From positions 11,842,001-11,906,000 of the forward strand of contig CM022666.1 in the NCBI GenBank assembly GCA_012295275.1: a stretch of DNA of 64,000 bases, read 5' to 3'. Below are positions 26,997-40,373 of the stretch, in pieces. Position numbers and translations under genes: made by a program. The notes beneath the pieces are model-generated. The model did no database searches. It was not told the DNA's origin and saw only the letters and a list, made by a program, of their open reading frames with translations. Position 1 is the first letter of the stretch. Every line of letters starts with the position of its first letter. The stretch is from Chrysomallon squamiferum. Lineage: Eukaryota; Animalia; Mollusca.

Positions 26997-29900
26997 TTAC
27001 ACGGCAGACTGAAATTTAAGTATCTCTAAAGCCTCGGCGTAGGAAGGCGGCGACTCCGGAGTCTTACTGGCAGACTCAGACTCCCTGTCGAGTCCTTGCA
27101 CACTGGGTGTGTCTGTCACAGCTTTTCTGATTGTTACACAATACTGATCGACGACGCGAGGTGCGCCAGTTTCCGAGTATCTCAGAGCGGAAGCACCGCT
27201 GATTTCCGGTAGCTCCATCTGAACACACTCTCTCACAGCTGTTCTGTTTCTGTCGAGTTCCGGGTGTTCACGAACCACCTCGTCGTAGCTGGGGGGAGGC
27301 TGGCCCACGTTTCCCGAAAGCTTTACACGACGTTGTCGGTGTCTACGTACGCGAATTAGCTGAAATGTCATAATTCCAAGTATGGGAGACAGAACCGACA
27401 GAACTGCAATGAGCGCAATGAAACCACCGTCTGACGAAATGGCCGACTGCATCTGATCTGAAATGTAGATGACTTTAATAATAAATATATATTCTGATTA
27501 ACAAAGAACTGAGGAGAAACCGCAGAAGTGTTTACACAAACTGTGTGCGAAATTTAATCTTTGAAGCGTATGTGTAATTGTGTGATGAGCTGAATGCATG
27601 TGTTGTATACTACTGCATGTGAATATGCTTGTGTGTGTTCGTAGCATGCTCGCATAAATATATAGTTACATAAGAGGAAAATACTTATTAACTTTATTAA
27701 TAAAAAAATTAAAAAAAAAAAAAAAAATTAAAGTTAAAAATTCACCGTCATTAAAACGACAACAAAGTAAACAACAGACAATAACAAAGTAAAGCAGCTG
27801 TAGCATACATACGCCTATAAATAAATTATAAAGGATCAACTTTATCATTAATTCATTTTGTATGATGTATGACGATGTTTATTGTCATCGAGTCGGTGCA
27901 CATTAGTTAAAACCGAAAAACAATCCCACTTCGGTACAAAACGAGCAACTTTCATTAATCAACACACGAAAACAACAACAACAACAACAACAGCAAAAAA
28001 GTGCTTTAGAAATGTAACAGTTCATTGACATGGCTGTCGGTAGTTTATGTCTTTTTCTTCAGTTCCCTGACCTCGGTGTATACAAAATATAAACTCTGGT
28101 ATTTTACGTAAACCACAGAACCGTGTCGATGGATAACGCAAACAATAATTCGGAAATTAATGAAGTGAACATGTATACCAGATATAAACCTTACCTGAAA
28201 TAAAGTATAAATACAACTTAACTGTGAAATAAAATTTTGACTGAAGAAATCTTAATTTGAATGCAGACAGAAGCACATCTCTCTCTCTCTTTCTCTCTCA
28301 GTATATATATATATATTGATAATTATTTTCAGCAGGGAAAAAAACTTCCAAGATTCTTTTATACTGTAGAAGATCGTTTCCCTTCTGATTAAATATATTA
28401 AAATACACAATCTAAACCAATAAATAAATATACACCGACACCGCTATTTTTCCGTAATCGTGACGTCATCAATTAGAGGGCCGATCCTTTTTGTAAAATT
28501 TATTATTTGTTTTAACCTAAAGAAGCACACTTTAAATATTTCAGAGTAAAATCCATGTTTAAAACTTATCTTTCTAGTCAATGCAAAATAACATACAGAA
28601 TTATTGTTATTATTATTATTAGTAGAAGTAGTAATGTTGTTGCTGGAATTACCAAATGCTTCGCAAGAATATCTGATTTCGTAGTCATGACAACGGACTC
28701 CGGGTGCTTGATCGTGGCCAAGGCAGACAATTCCTGTCAGATTGCAGGGCAGAGACAGGACGTTGTTAGCCACAGCTGCGACGTCACTGAACAGTGTGAT
28801 GCTGTTTGCCACTCGACACTGTACTTTGGCGGAACCGTTTGAACAGTAGGGTTCACTTGTCTGCAACATTTCAAAGAAAATAATCATTTATAGTAAATAA
28901 ACACATAAATAAATGGACAAAGCAAGAACAGCAAGTTCAGTAATTATATAATTATAAAGAAATTCAGAAATGAATAAATTAAAAAATTATAAAAACAATG
29001 ATATTTTTTGTGTTCTGCTGTATTTAAACTATAGTATTTGATTCCGATATAATACTACTACTACTACCTATACTACTACTACAACTAATAATGATGATGA
29101 TGACATATTGTACAATACAATAGGAGCATCCTTATCCGAAATTCCGAAACCGTTTCCGAGCAGCAGTTTTCGGATTGTTTTGTATTCATTAACTTTATTT
29201 TATTAACAAAATAATATTTTAATATTAAATTTAAAAAAATCCTGCAGATTATTTGTATGAGCTGTAAATGAAATATAAATGGAATTTCTCTTTAGACTTA
29301 GATCGTATACGCAGGCTATCGCCTTACATTTCAAAATCCCAAAGTTCCCGAAACCCTTCCAGTCCCAAGCATTTCAGATAAAGTATTCCGAACGTGTAAT
29401 AACGAGATGATGATTACATGCTATATAACGTATGTAGTAGAAGTTACGATAGCTCTGTGATAAATTAATACTGTTAAATAACTGTAAAAATGTACGCTTT
29501 CTGTCACAAAGGCTGCAATTTCCGGGTCACAAATTAACAATACACAAAGAGGGAGTAATTTTTATAAATACTTTAAATGTGTTACTGCTAGTGTAACAAT
29601 ACACTAAAGTGTTACTGCTAGTGTAAGTGTGACTGGGTCACAAATTAACAATACACAAAGAGGGAGTGATTTTTATAAATACTTTAAATGTGTTACTGCT
29701 AGTGTAAGTGTGACTGGGTCACAAATTAACAATACACAAAGAGGGGTGATTTTTGATAAATACTTTAAATGTTAGTGTTAGTGTAAGTGTGACTGGGTCA
29801 CTCTCAGATGTTAGTAACACAATGAACAATAAAAACGTGTCTAGGTCCGTGTTACCTGTCGTAGTTTCTCTAGTATCTCGACGTCGTTGCCGTCTGCAGG

Positions 29901-31113
29901 TGTGTCGGAGTTGTACCACTCGCTCCACGACATCGCCGACACAGCACGCACTGACAGAGACGAAGTAATTATTAGTGACCAAAGTCATAACAAACTGAGT
30001 CAAGCATGTAATATGAAGATGCTGTTACAGAAGCAAATATGTGGCTAATAGTTATATGATAAATTATGTTAAATATAGAATAGATAAAATATTTTTTTTT
30101 TTTTTTTTCATTCATTTTCTAAATATTACGAATAGTTCTGTCTGTTACATTATTAGCAAATTCATTTAACGTGAAACAATGTTTCTGCTATGGGAAGGTA
30201 TTATTATTATTATTATTATTATTTATTATTATTATTATTCACCCGGTTCTTTTTAAATGACCTTATAACATTTCCAAACTTCAAATAAAATGTGTACTTA
30301 AGGTTATCTGTCGCGTCTAGACTGGACTGAAGGTGTTTTTGTGTGTGGAACGTAAACAAATACCTCTTGTTAAATGGACGCTGCTGTTTATGTGAAGATA
30401 TCAAACGGGTTTCATTTTACTTAGCGTGCTTTTTATACGTTAAAACATTTGTTTACACTGTTTTGTCTTTTTGCCATTAATGGATTCTAGTTGATTAGGT
30501 TTTTTAGTTAGCTCATTTGTTAAACAGTTTTTGTCAAAGAGTGTTTTCGAACTACATTACGTAAATGAAAATGACAGTAAAATTGAATTATGGAAATAGA
30601 AACAGAAATGGTAACTGAATCAGTTATGCTTAAAACAGAATAATTTTCAAATATTTACACGTGAAATTTATATAATGATTCTTATTTCAGATAATCAGGT
30701 TTCTGTCTTAAAACTGAACATATGAAAATATTTATTTAATTTTTATTTTTATATGTGTATATATATATATAGGTATGTATGTATGTATGTATGTATGTAT
30801 AATCACGAAATAAATACTGTTGTCAATATGTTTCGTATTCATTCTGTTGTTTTTCTTTTCTTTTTTCATGTATTTTTATTCTAAATTAAGATGAGATTAC
30901 TGTTTTTATAGATTAAGGTAATTTTCAGTTATGGTTAGTCACCGACTTGTTAGCTGAGACTGACTTGAAGATGTTAATTTGTAGAAAAAGCACGAAACGC
31001 AAAGATTTCAGGTTGTTCGTGTATCACGACAGATGACTTGTGTTCAAATAAAATTCCGCTAATAGCTGTCTATCTTTACCTGATTGATGTGGTGGAAACA
31101 GGTTTGTGCGTAT

Positions 31114-31146
<33 letters not shown>

Positions 31147-31208
31147 TATACCGCCACACATACTACTCATACACAACCACACCTACATACTCAGGACATG
31201 CACACATA

Positions 31209-31277
<69 letters not shown>

Positions 31278-31684
31278 TTATCATTTTGTACATGTGATTC
31301 TTTAAAATTAATCTGCATAATGAAATAGTCGGCATTCGTTTAAATAAGCAGATGCTGTACTATGCAGATTCAGCGAAATATTTAGAAAAAAAAACGGTCT
31401 ATACAGTTGTATTTGACCTTTGTTAATAACTTAATGTTATAAACATTATTATTGGTATTTCACATGAAGTTTAATTAAATATAAATACAGCGAATAATAA
31501 TAGAAAAACACAATTGTTGTGCAGACATTAATCCTAGCACTTGCTATATAAATATAAAAATATCTTGTTACATAAATATAATAATGCTAATAATTATCAT
31601 ACACTCACCCGACTGTGATACAGAAACAAAGAAAAAGACAACGAGCCAGGAGCAATGATGCATGACTACTGAAGTTGTGTCCAT
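26997..31684 (-). CDS. Uncharacterised type I transmembrane protein: signal peptide, single WxxW (mucin/CILP-like Cys-rich) domain, TM helix, two PPxY motifs, C-terminal PDZ-binding motif; about 279 aa
   Basis: Exons on the minus strand: 31684-31609 (MDTTSVVMHHCSWLVVFFFVSVSQS, donor GTGAGT), 29950-29856 (VRAVSAMSWSEWYNSDTPADGNDVEILEKLRQ), 28860-28653 (TSEPYCSNGSAKVQCRV...PCNLTGIVCLGHDQAPGVRCHDYEIRYSCEAF), 27457-26997 (DQMQSAISSDGGFIALIAVLSVLSPILGIMTFQLIRVRRHRQRR...PPPSYDEVV...PPSYAEAL...QSAV*). Intron phases 1/0/1 join to 840 nt in frame. WxxWxNxDxP..GNDxE and C.DYEIRY.C are WxxW-domain hallmarks. The start codon choice is uncertain (other in-frame ATGs lie upstream at 31795 and 7 codons downstream). 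Confidence 0.85.
29118..29396. mobile_element. pogo/Tigger-type (Tc1/mariner superfamily) MITE in intron 2 of the WxxW gene
   Basis: TA on both flanks (29116-29117, 29397-29398). Imperfect TIRs CAATAGGAGCATCCTTATCCGAAAT and ATTTCAGATAAAGTATTCCGAACGTG. Confidence 0.7.
29524..29800. repeat. Tandem repeat, about 3 copies of an approximately 81-bp unit, in intron 2 of the WxxW gene
   Basis: GGGTCACAAATTAACAATACACAAAGAGGG..ATAAATACTTTAAATGT..AGTGTAAGTGTGACT recurs at about 29524, 29635 and 29716. Confidence 0.9.
31115..31276. repeat. (CA)n microsatellites
   Basis: Seen directly. Confidence 0.95.
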
Positions 31685-32450
31685 GTTCGTAAACTGTATA
31701 CAGCTGTCTGTGAGCTCTACGGTTCCGCCCCAGTAGTTTGATGTCACAATACAGGAAAAAAGACCCGTCTGACCTTGGTGACCTGTATCAAACATGTGAT
31801 CAGTTTAAACAGGTGTTCTTTTATATAAAATTATACAAATTTGTTTTTCTATTGGGTAACTAATAACAGTAGTAAATTAGATGCATACCACTACCACAAC
31901 AACAATAACAATAACAGTAAATAAATAAAATAAAAAAGACAGCACTCACATTATTTATTGAAAATTTATTGAAATTAAGTACAAGAATTAACATTAAATT
32001 AATGCTGGAAATTAAAATTATTTTAATTATATGTTTTATTTATTTATTTTTTAAAGTCAGTTTTAAAAAAACCTTCATAATTAAACTTAGTGACTGGAGG
32101 TTTGGATTGGTTGGCAGATCAATCATTTTCACCCATCTCCCGGTTTTCTCAGGAGTGGTTTGTTATAGAGAGGTGTGGGGTTTTTGTTTGGGGGGGGTCC
32201 CTTCAATTATGGGAAGGTTTTTTTTTTTAAAAAAGGATCCTTAAGTATCAATCAGTTACCGGCAACAGCTGTTTGGCACATACAAAATAATTTATTTCTG
32301 AAACATAAAAACATAATTTATTGCTTATGTTCAAATGTCCTTTATGTCCTTTATCTCCGTTGGAACACGTGCAGCTTGTCGTGTGCGTGTGTGCGTGTGT
32401 GTGTGTGTGTATATATATACATATGTTGTTGCCATTTTTACATCCTTTTT

Positions 32451-32496
<46 letters not shown>

Positions 32497-33279
32497 TATT
32501 CTACACTTATGCAAAAGGCTTTTAAAATGATTGTTCTACAAGTCAGAATAATAAAATGACAATTATTTACTTGAAAGATGTAACCTGTTTTGCAGTATCA
32601 ATAAATATTCAGTGGATCTTTAGATTTGTTAGCATGAACTGTTAATCACTGAAATTCAGTTCATGAAAATATTTTTTTTTCCCGCTGAACTATTCATGTG
32701 TTTATGTGTGTGTGTGTCTTTAAACAAAATTGTCGATAAAAATGGCAACATCATATTGTTTTACTGATCTAAAACTTGGAGTTCTGTCACCAAATTGTTT
32801 CTTTACTGATGTATTAAATGTGGTTATTTTATAATAATTATGTAAACTTCTGTTTGTCGTTCTCTGATCTGTGAAATATTAAAACCAGCTTCACAACTTC
32901 TGTTAGTCGCGGAAATCTCGTCTCTCTACACAAAAACTTCGATATCACGTTTTGAATTGTTTCGTTCCAATTTGTTCCCACGTTAGCAGAGCCGCTGAAC
33001 CTTCGCACTGTTTTATCATTTTTCATATGATCTTTATTGTTTCTGAACTGCGAGTGCCTCGAGTTTATTGCCAACCTCTGAATACTGATTTGCGCGGCTA
33101 AATACGTGTATAATCTCTTCAACTGCGATATGTGTGCACCATTTCACGGTTCACATTTGGAAGGTGTGCTTACTGCTTGCCCGTAAACACTTTTGATGCT
33201 TGTAATTCTTTTTACATCGTGAACATCGTCATTATCTGTTGTTTTATGTTCATTTCTTGTACATTATTTCCATCATCTA

Positions 33280-33312
33280 TTGTTGCTGTTGTTGTTGTTG
33301 TTGTTGTTGTTA

Positions 33313-33345
<33 letters not shown>

Positions 33346-34720
33346 TCTTCTATTATTACTGTTGTTCTCCTACAACGTCTGTATCTATTTCTCACCATTA
33401 CATCTGATATTTCTTTTGATAAAGCTACTACTATAACTACTACTACTATTGCTATTGTTACCTACTTCTACTACTACTTCTACTACTACTAGTAGTACTT
33501 CTCCTACTATTTATACTACTGCTATAAATACTACTACTTCTACTACTACTAGTACTTCTACTACTACTACTACTGCTATTACTACTACTACTTCTACTAC
33601 TACTACTTCTACTACTACTTCTACAACTACTATTACTACTACTACTACTACTAGTAGTACTTCTCCTACTATTTCTACTACTGCTATTAATACTACTACT
33701 AGTACTTCTACTACTACTACTATTGCTACTACTACTTCTACTACTACTTCTACTACTACTAGTAGTACTTCTCCTACTATTTATACTACTGCTATAAATA
33801 CTACTACTTCTACTACTACTACTAGTACTTCTACCACTACTACTGCTATTACTACTACTACTACTTCTGCTACTACTACTTACTACTACTACTACAACCA
33901 CTACTACTACTACTACTAGTAGTACTTCTCCCACCATTTCTACTATTGCTTACTACTACCACTAGTACTTCTACTACTACTACTATTGCTACTACTACTT
34001 ACTACTACTACTTCTACTACTACTAGTAGTACTTCTCCCACCATTTATACCACTGCTATAATACTACTACTCTACTTACTACTTACTAGTACTACTACTA
34101 CTACCACTTCACATTACTACTACTACTTCTACCACTACTACTTCTACTACTACTTCTACAACTACTATTACTACTTTACTACTAGTAGTAGTACTCCTCC
34201 CATTTATTTCACTACTGCTATTAATACTACCACTAGTACTTTCTACTACTACTACCATTTCATTGCTACTACTACTTTCACTATTTCTACTACTACTAGT
34301 AGTACTTCCCCCACCATTTTATACCACTGCTATAAATACTACTACTCTACTACTACTAGTAATTTCTACTTCTACCACTACTGCTACTACTACTACTACT
34401 TACTACTACTTCTTACTTCACTACCACTACTAACACTACTCTACAACTACTATTACTACTTACCACTACTTCACTACTCACTAACTACTACTACTACTAC
34501 TGCTATTACTACTACTACTTCTACTACTACTACTACTACTACTTCTACTACTACTTCCACTACTGCTATTACTACCACTACTTCTACTACTACTAGTACT
34601 TCTACTACTATTTCTACTACTGCTATTACTACTACTACTTCTACTACTACTAGTACTTCTACTACAATTTCTACTACTGCTATTACTACTAGTCCTACTA
34701 TTATTACTAATACTGGCACT
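33280..34720. repeat. (GTT)n/(ATT)n followed by a degenerate (ACT)n trinucleotide array with internal block duplications
   Basis: Seen directly; the block AGTAGTACTTCTCCTACTATTTATACTACTGCTATAAATACTACTACTTC is repeated at 33491 and 33761. Confidence 0.95.
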
Positions 34721-37310
34721 ACAACTACTGCTTTTACTGCTAGATTACTACTGTTATCACCACTACAACTACTGTTATCACCACTACAACTACTGCTTTT
34801 ACTGCTAGATTACTACTGTTATCACCACTACAACTACTGCTTTTACTGTTAGATTACTACTGTTATCACCACTACAGATAAAGCTTTTACTGCTAGATTA
34901 CTACTGTTATCAGCACTACAACTACTGCTTTTACTGCTAGATTACTACTGTTATCAGCACTACAACTACTGCTTTTACTGCTAGATTACTACTGTTATCA
35001 CCACTACAACTACTGTTATCACCACTACAACTACTGCTTTTACTGCTAGATTACTACTGTTATCACCACTACAACTACTGCTTTTACTGATAGATTACTA
35101 CTGTTATCAGCACTACAACTACTGCTTTTACTGCTAGATTACTACTGTTATCACCACTACAACTACTGCTTTTACTGTTAGCACCATTACAACTACTGCT
35201 TATACTGCTAGATTACTACTGTTATCACCACTACAACTACTGCTTTTACTGTTAGCACCATTACAACTACTGCTTATACTGCTAGATTACTACTGTTATC
35301 AGCACTACAACTACTGTTATCACCACTACAACTACTGCTTTTACTGCTAGATTACTACTGATATCAGCACTACAACTACTGCTTTTACTGCTAGATTACT
35401 ACTGTTATCAGCACTACAACTACTGCTGCTTTTACTGCTAGATTACTACTGATATCACCACTACAACTACTGCTTTTACTGCTAGATTACTACTATTATC
35501 ACCATTACAACTACTGCTTTTACTGCTACGATTACTACTGTTATCAGCATTACAACTACTGCTTTTACTGCTAGATTACTACTGTTATCACCACTACAAC
35601 TACTGCTTTTACTGATAGATTACTACTGATATCACCACTACAACTACTGCTTTTACTGTTATCACCACTACAACTACTGCTTTTACTGCTAGATTACTAC
35701 TGTTATCACCATTACAACTACTGTTTTTACTGTTAGATTACTACTGTTATCACCACTACAGATAAAGCTTTTACTGCTAGATTACTACTGTTATCAGCAC
35801 TACAACTACTGCTTTTACTGCTAGATTACTACTGTTATCAGCACTACAACTACTGCTTTTACTGCTAGATTACTACTATTATCACCATTACAACTACTGC
35901 TTTTACTGCTAGATTACTACTGTTATCACCACTACAACTACTGCTTTTACTGCTAGATTACTACTGTTATCACCACTACAACTACTGCTTTTACTGATAG
36001 ATTACTACTGTTATCAGCACTACAACTACTGCTTTTACTGCTAGATTACTACTGTTATCACCACTACAACTACTGCTTTTACTGTTAGCACCATTACAAC
36101 TACTGCTTATACTGCTAGATTACTACTGTTATCACCACTACAACAACTGCTTTTACTGTTAGCACCATTACAACTACTGCTTATACTGCTAGATTACTAC
36201 TGTTATCAGCACTACAACTACTGTTATCACCACTACAACTACTGCTTTTACTGCTAGATTACTACTGATATCAGCACTACAACTACTGCTTTTACTGCTA
36301 GATTACTACTGTTATCAGCACTACAACTACTGCTTTTACTGCTAGATTACTACTGATATCACCACTACAACTACTGCTTTTACTGCTAGATTACTACTAT
36401 TATCACCATTACAACTACTGCTTTTACTGCTACGATTACTACTGTTATCAGCATTACAACTACTGCTTTTACTGCTAGATTACTACTGTTATCACCACTA
36501 CAACTACTGCTTTTACTGATAGATTACTACTGATATCACCACTACAACTACTGCTTTTACTGTTATCACCACTACAACTACTGCTTTTACTGCTAGATTA
36601 CTACTGTTATCACCATTACAACTACTGTTTTTACTGCTAGATTACTACTGTTATCAGCACTACAACTACTGCTTTTACTGCTAGATTACTACTGTTATCA
36701 GCACTACAACTACTGCTTTTACTGTTATCACCACTACAACTACTGCTTTTACTGTTATCACCACTACAACTACTGCTTTTACTGTTATCAGCACTACAAC
36801 TACTGCTTTTACTGCTAGATTACTACTGTTATCACAACTACAACTACTGCTTTTACTGTTATCACCACTACAACTACTGCTTTTACTGCTAGATTACTAC
36901 TGTTATCACCACTACAACTACTGCTTTTACTGCTAGATTACTACTGTTATCACCACTACAACTACTGGTTATACTGCTAGATTACTACTGATATCACCAC
37001 TACAACTACTGCTTTTACTGCTAGATTACTACTGTTATCAGCACTACAACTACTGTTATCACCACTACAACTACTGCTTTTACTGCTAGATTACTACTGA
37101 TATCAGCACTACAACTACTGCTTTTACTGTTATCACCACTACAACTACTGCTTTTACTGCTAGATTACTACTGTTATCAGCACTACAACTACTGCTTTTA
37201 CTGCTAGATTACTACTGTTATCACAACTACAACTACTGCTTTTACTGTTATCACCACTACAACTACTGGTTTTACTGCTAGATTACTATTGTTATCACCA
37301 CTACAGATAA
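34721..37310. repeat. Minisatellite with a 44-bp unit plus 30-bp and 21-bp deletion variants, about 2.6 kb
   Basis: Unit ACTACTGCTTTTACTGCTAGATTACTACTGTTATCA(C/G)CACTACA; variants ACTACTGCTTTTACTGTTATCACCACTACA and ACTACTGTTATCACCACTACA. Confidence 0.97.
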
Positions 37311-37664
37311 TGCAGTGTCGCGGTGCCCAAGCTTCTCGTTTTCACGCCCAGAGGATATTTAAGTTTAGAACACTATGACAGGAATTAACACATTTTAAAT
37401 TGTAACAGTAAAAGATATCCACTGGAAAAATAATATGTAAACAATATTAGTGTTTGAGTTATTTATTTATTTACAAACGTATTATGTAACAACAATATAC
37501 AAGAAAATAATCACAACACAATTACTTACGGTTTAGTGGAAATCTGAGTTAAAATCTGTTGAATCTTAATTTAAGACGCAACCGGCGACGAAATAATCAA
37601 GTTAATATAATTTAAGTTATACAGAGATATGTGTTAAATAATAGTTACATTGCCTAATGACGAC

Positions 37665-37706
<42 letters not shown>

Positions 37707-37899
37707 AGAAAGGTATCACAACGCCAAACGCTTATCAAAGCCAGGCTAAGGTTTCAAGTTGTCTCCCGTGAACTCTGTTTTCATCAAACAGGACTTAGTG
37801 TTGTGCAATTGCCCGCTTGTTTCTGTTTCCAGACGCAGAATCAGAATTACGACTCAGTCTCCGATTCCTGTTTAAATTAGATTCCTGCTAAATCAAAGA

Positions 37900-38160
37900 C
37901 AAAAAACAGAAGTCACGTGCTGTGACAAATTTCAAATCTGACAGTTTGTGAACAAAACTCGCTGAATCTTGGCCGCTAATTAACGTAAGTTTAAAATTTA
38001 AAAACTGATTTAGAAGTGGGTTATCGCTTGTCGCTTCACGAATCCAAACTTAGTAGATTAATCAAATGTCTATAGTTAGTGTATGTAAAAGTTATGCATC
38101 TAATGAAACAGAATTTCACAGGTAACTAGGTTTTACGTTACACAAAGACGCGATTATCTA
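37900..38160 (+). repeat. Dispersed repeat, copy A (related to 48775-49165)
   Basis: Shared blocks TTTCAAA.CTGA..ACAAAACTCGC..ATCTT.GCC.CTAATTAAC.TAA.TTTAAAATTTAA.AACTG, AAACTTAGTA and GTTAGT..ATGTAAAAG..ATG.ATCTAATGAAA. Confidence 0.7.
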
Positions 38161-38724
38161 TGTTCGTCACAATACAACCTCTATTACTATTACTACCACT
38201 GTTACCTGTCTATTACCAACACCACCACCACCACCATTTCTATTTCTCATCATTATTTCTTAGAATTTCTTTTGATGTAACTGCTACTACAACTACAATT
38301 ACTGCTACTACTACAACTATTATTACTACTACTACTATTTTTACTGAAGTAATTTTTATTTTCCTATATGCAACAGAAAATTTAACTTTGAGTTACATTT
38401 ACTTTTTAAATTTAAAACAAGATAGATAGCTATTTGAACTGACTCACATTTGCTCAGTTTGACAAAACACCTGTTACAGCGTGTTATGCACACTGATACA
38501 ATCATTTTTAATGTGCAACTATTAATGCAACAGCGGGTGGTTTATCTTAACATAAAACATTTAAAAAATATAACTGATGGACTGATTTTATTGGAATCAC
38601 AAAACGTACATTTCATTGTCACTAGTTTCGGTCACTAAATTGCTAATGCGAGGCAATCTCTGTTTCTGGCATATTAATATGTACATTGTCCTTAAACTCA
38701 GATCTGCAAATCGTGTTGTAAACG

Positions 38725-39120
38725 TTTGTGTGTCTATATGCGTGTGTGTGTATGTGTGTGTGTACATGTATATATGTATATTTGTGTGTGTATATGTATG
38801 TATATATATTTGTGTGTATATATGTGTGTGTATATGTATGTATGTATATTTGTGTGTGTGTGTTTGTACATACATTTCACTTATATTACTATCATGTAAT
38901 TATATTTGTTGTATAATTATCATTAAGAAGAGAATGTATACATACATACATACATACATATATATATATATATTTTTTATACGAATGTGTATATGTGTGT
39001 GTGTGTATATAGAATATATAGTCATTTCTCGTATGATATTTCTTATATTATATATGTACATCCATACATATATATATATACACACACATACACAAACGCT
39101 TTCAAACACATACACACATT
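38725..39120. repeat. Degenerate (TG/TA)n and (CATA)n low-complexity tract
   Basis: Seen directly. Confidence 0.9.
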
Positions 39121-39667
39121 CGAACACTCTATTGGGGTTATAATCTTTAACCACAGACAATTAACATAAATATTGGACATTTGCGCACTTCAGGTAATTA
39201 TCTTGTTTATAAATAAATATCCTTCTTAAAGAAATGCTTGGAAGAAGACAATTTATTGCTATAGCTGAGTTATCTCACAACAGCTGATGGTGTACCGCTA
39301 GCTGGTTTTGTTGTGAAGGAAGAGATTACTTTACTCAAGTTTTGTTTTTTCCATTTTTGATTTATGTTTGTCCAGTCACCTCCTCCGATAACTCACTGTG
39401 GTCTCAGCTGTGTTTGACATGATTTATATTTTCAAAGGAAAAGAGATTATAATTTCTGACAGAAAAGATTCTTTTTATTACATGATGTGACTTACACTTT
39501 ATTAAGTTTAATGTCTCCTTATTTCACAGGAGCGGTTTTATGTTCTTCAATAAGATATAATTCATATGCTTGTGGATTTTTGGGATTCGATGTTAATAAA
39601 GTATCTGACGTTTGTCTGTTTACAAATAATTTCAGATCTTCGTTGACTGAACAGTAAGTGATAAACA

Positions 39668-39668
<1 letters not shown>

Positions 39669-39765
<97 letters not shown>

Positions 39766-39773
39766 TAATAATA

Positions 39774-39871
<98 letters not shown>

Positions 39872-39915
39872 TATTAATAATAATAATAATAATCATAAAA
39901 TATTATTAATAATAA
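39669..39915. repeat. (TAA)n microsatellite
   Basis: Seen directly. Confidence 0.97.
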
Positions 39916-40325
39916 AACAATATTTTAAATATCACGGTATTTTGGTGTTCCATTCAGTGTACTAAATACAGGCATTATAGCAGTTTCTACTGAAACGAGC
40001 GCCTACGTGTTGTATTCGTCTTCTGTTACAACAAGTCAATATCTGAAGCCTTCCTGCTGATAAATAGGACTTTAATATTTTTATATTGGTTATCACAAAT
40101 AAATTAAAAAACACGTCAGAGAAAGTGATACATATTTTATTTAGATTAATTCCTGGAGTAAATATCTGTTGAAAAGTTTTTCTTAATGAAAAAGTTTATT
40201 TAACCATTAAAATGCCCGTCACAAGAAAGAACATTGGGACATATTACGTGTATCTAAATAATAAATTATATTTTGTAATACTTTCAGAAATAAATTTCTT
40301 TGTATTTCTATTTCGTCAAAACTGT

Positions 40326-40373
<48 letters not shown>

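Noticed and set aside
29719-30003. 94-aa minus-strand ORF from the track
   Set aside because: Wrong frame; the real exon (29950-29856) uses another frame that encodes WSEWYNSD.
33449-34852. Thr/Ser-rich mucin-like ORFs near a WxxW gene
   Set aside because: They are translations of an (ACT)n tract, lie on the opposite strand and upstream of the WxxW gene, show frameshifts and lack convincing splice sites.
34721-37310. CRISPR-like or coding repeat array
   Set aside because: There are no unique spacers, the 44-bp unit breaks frame and contains stops, and the context is eukaryotic.
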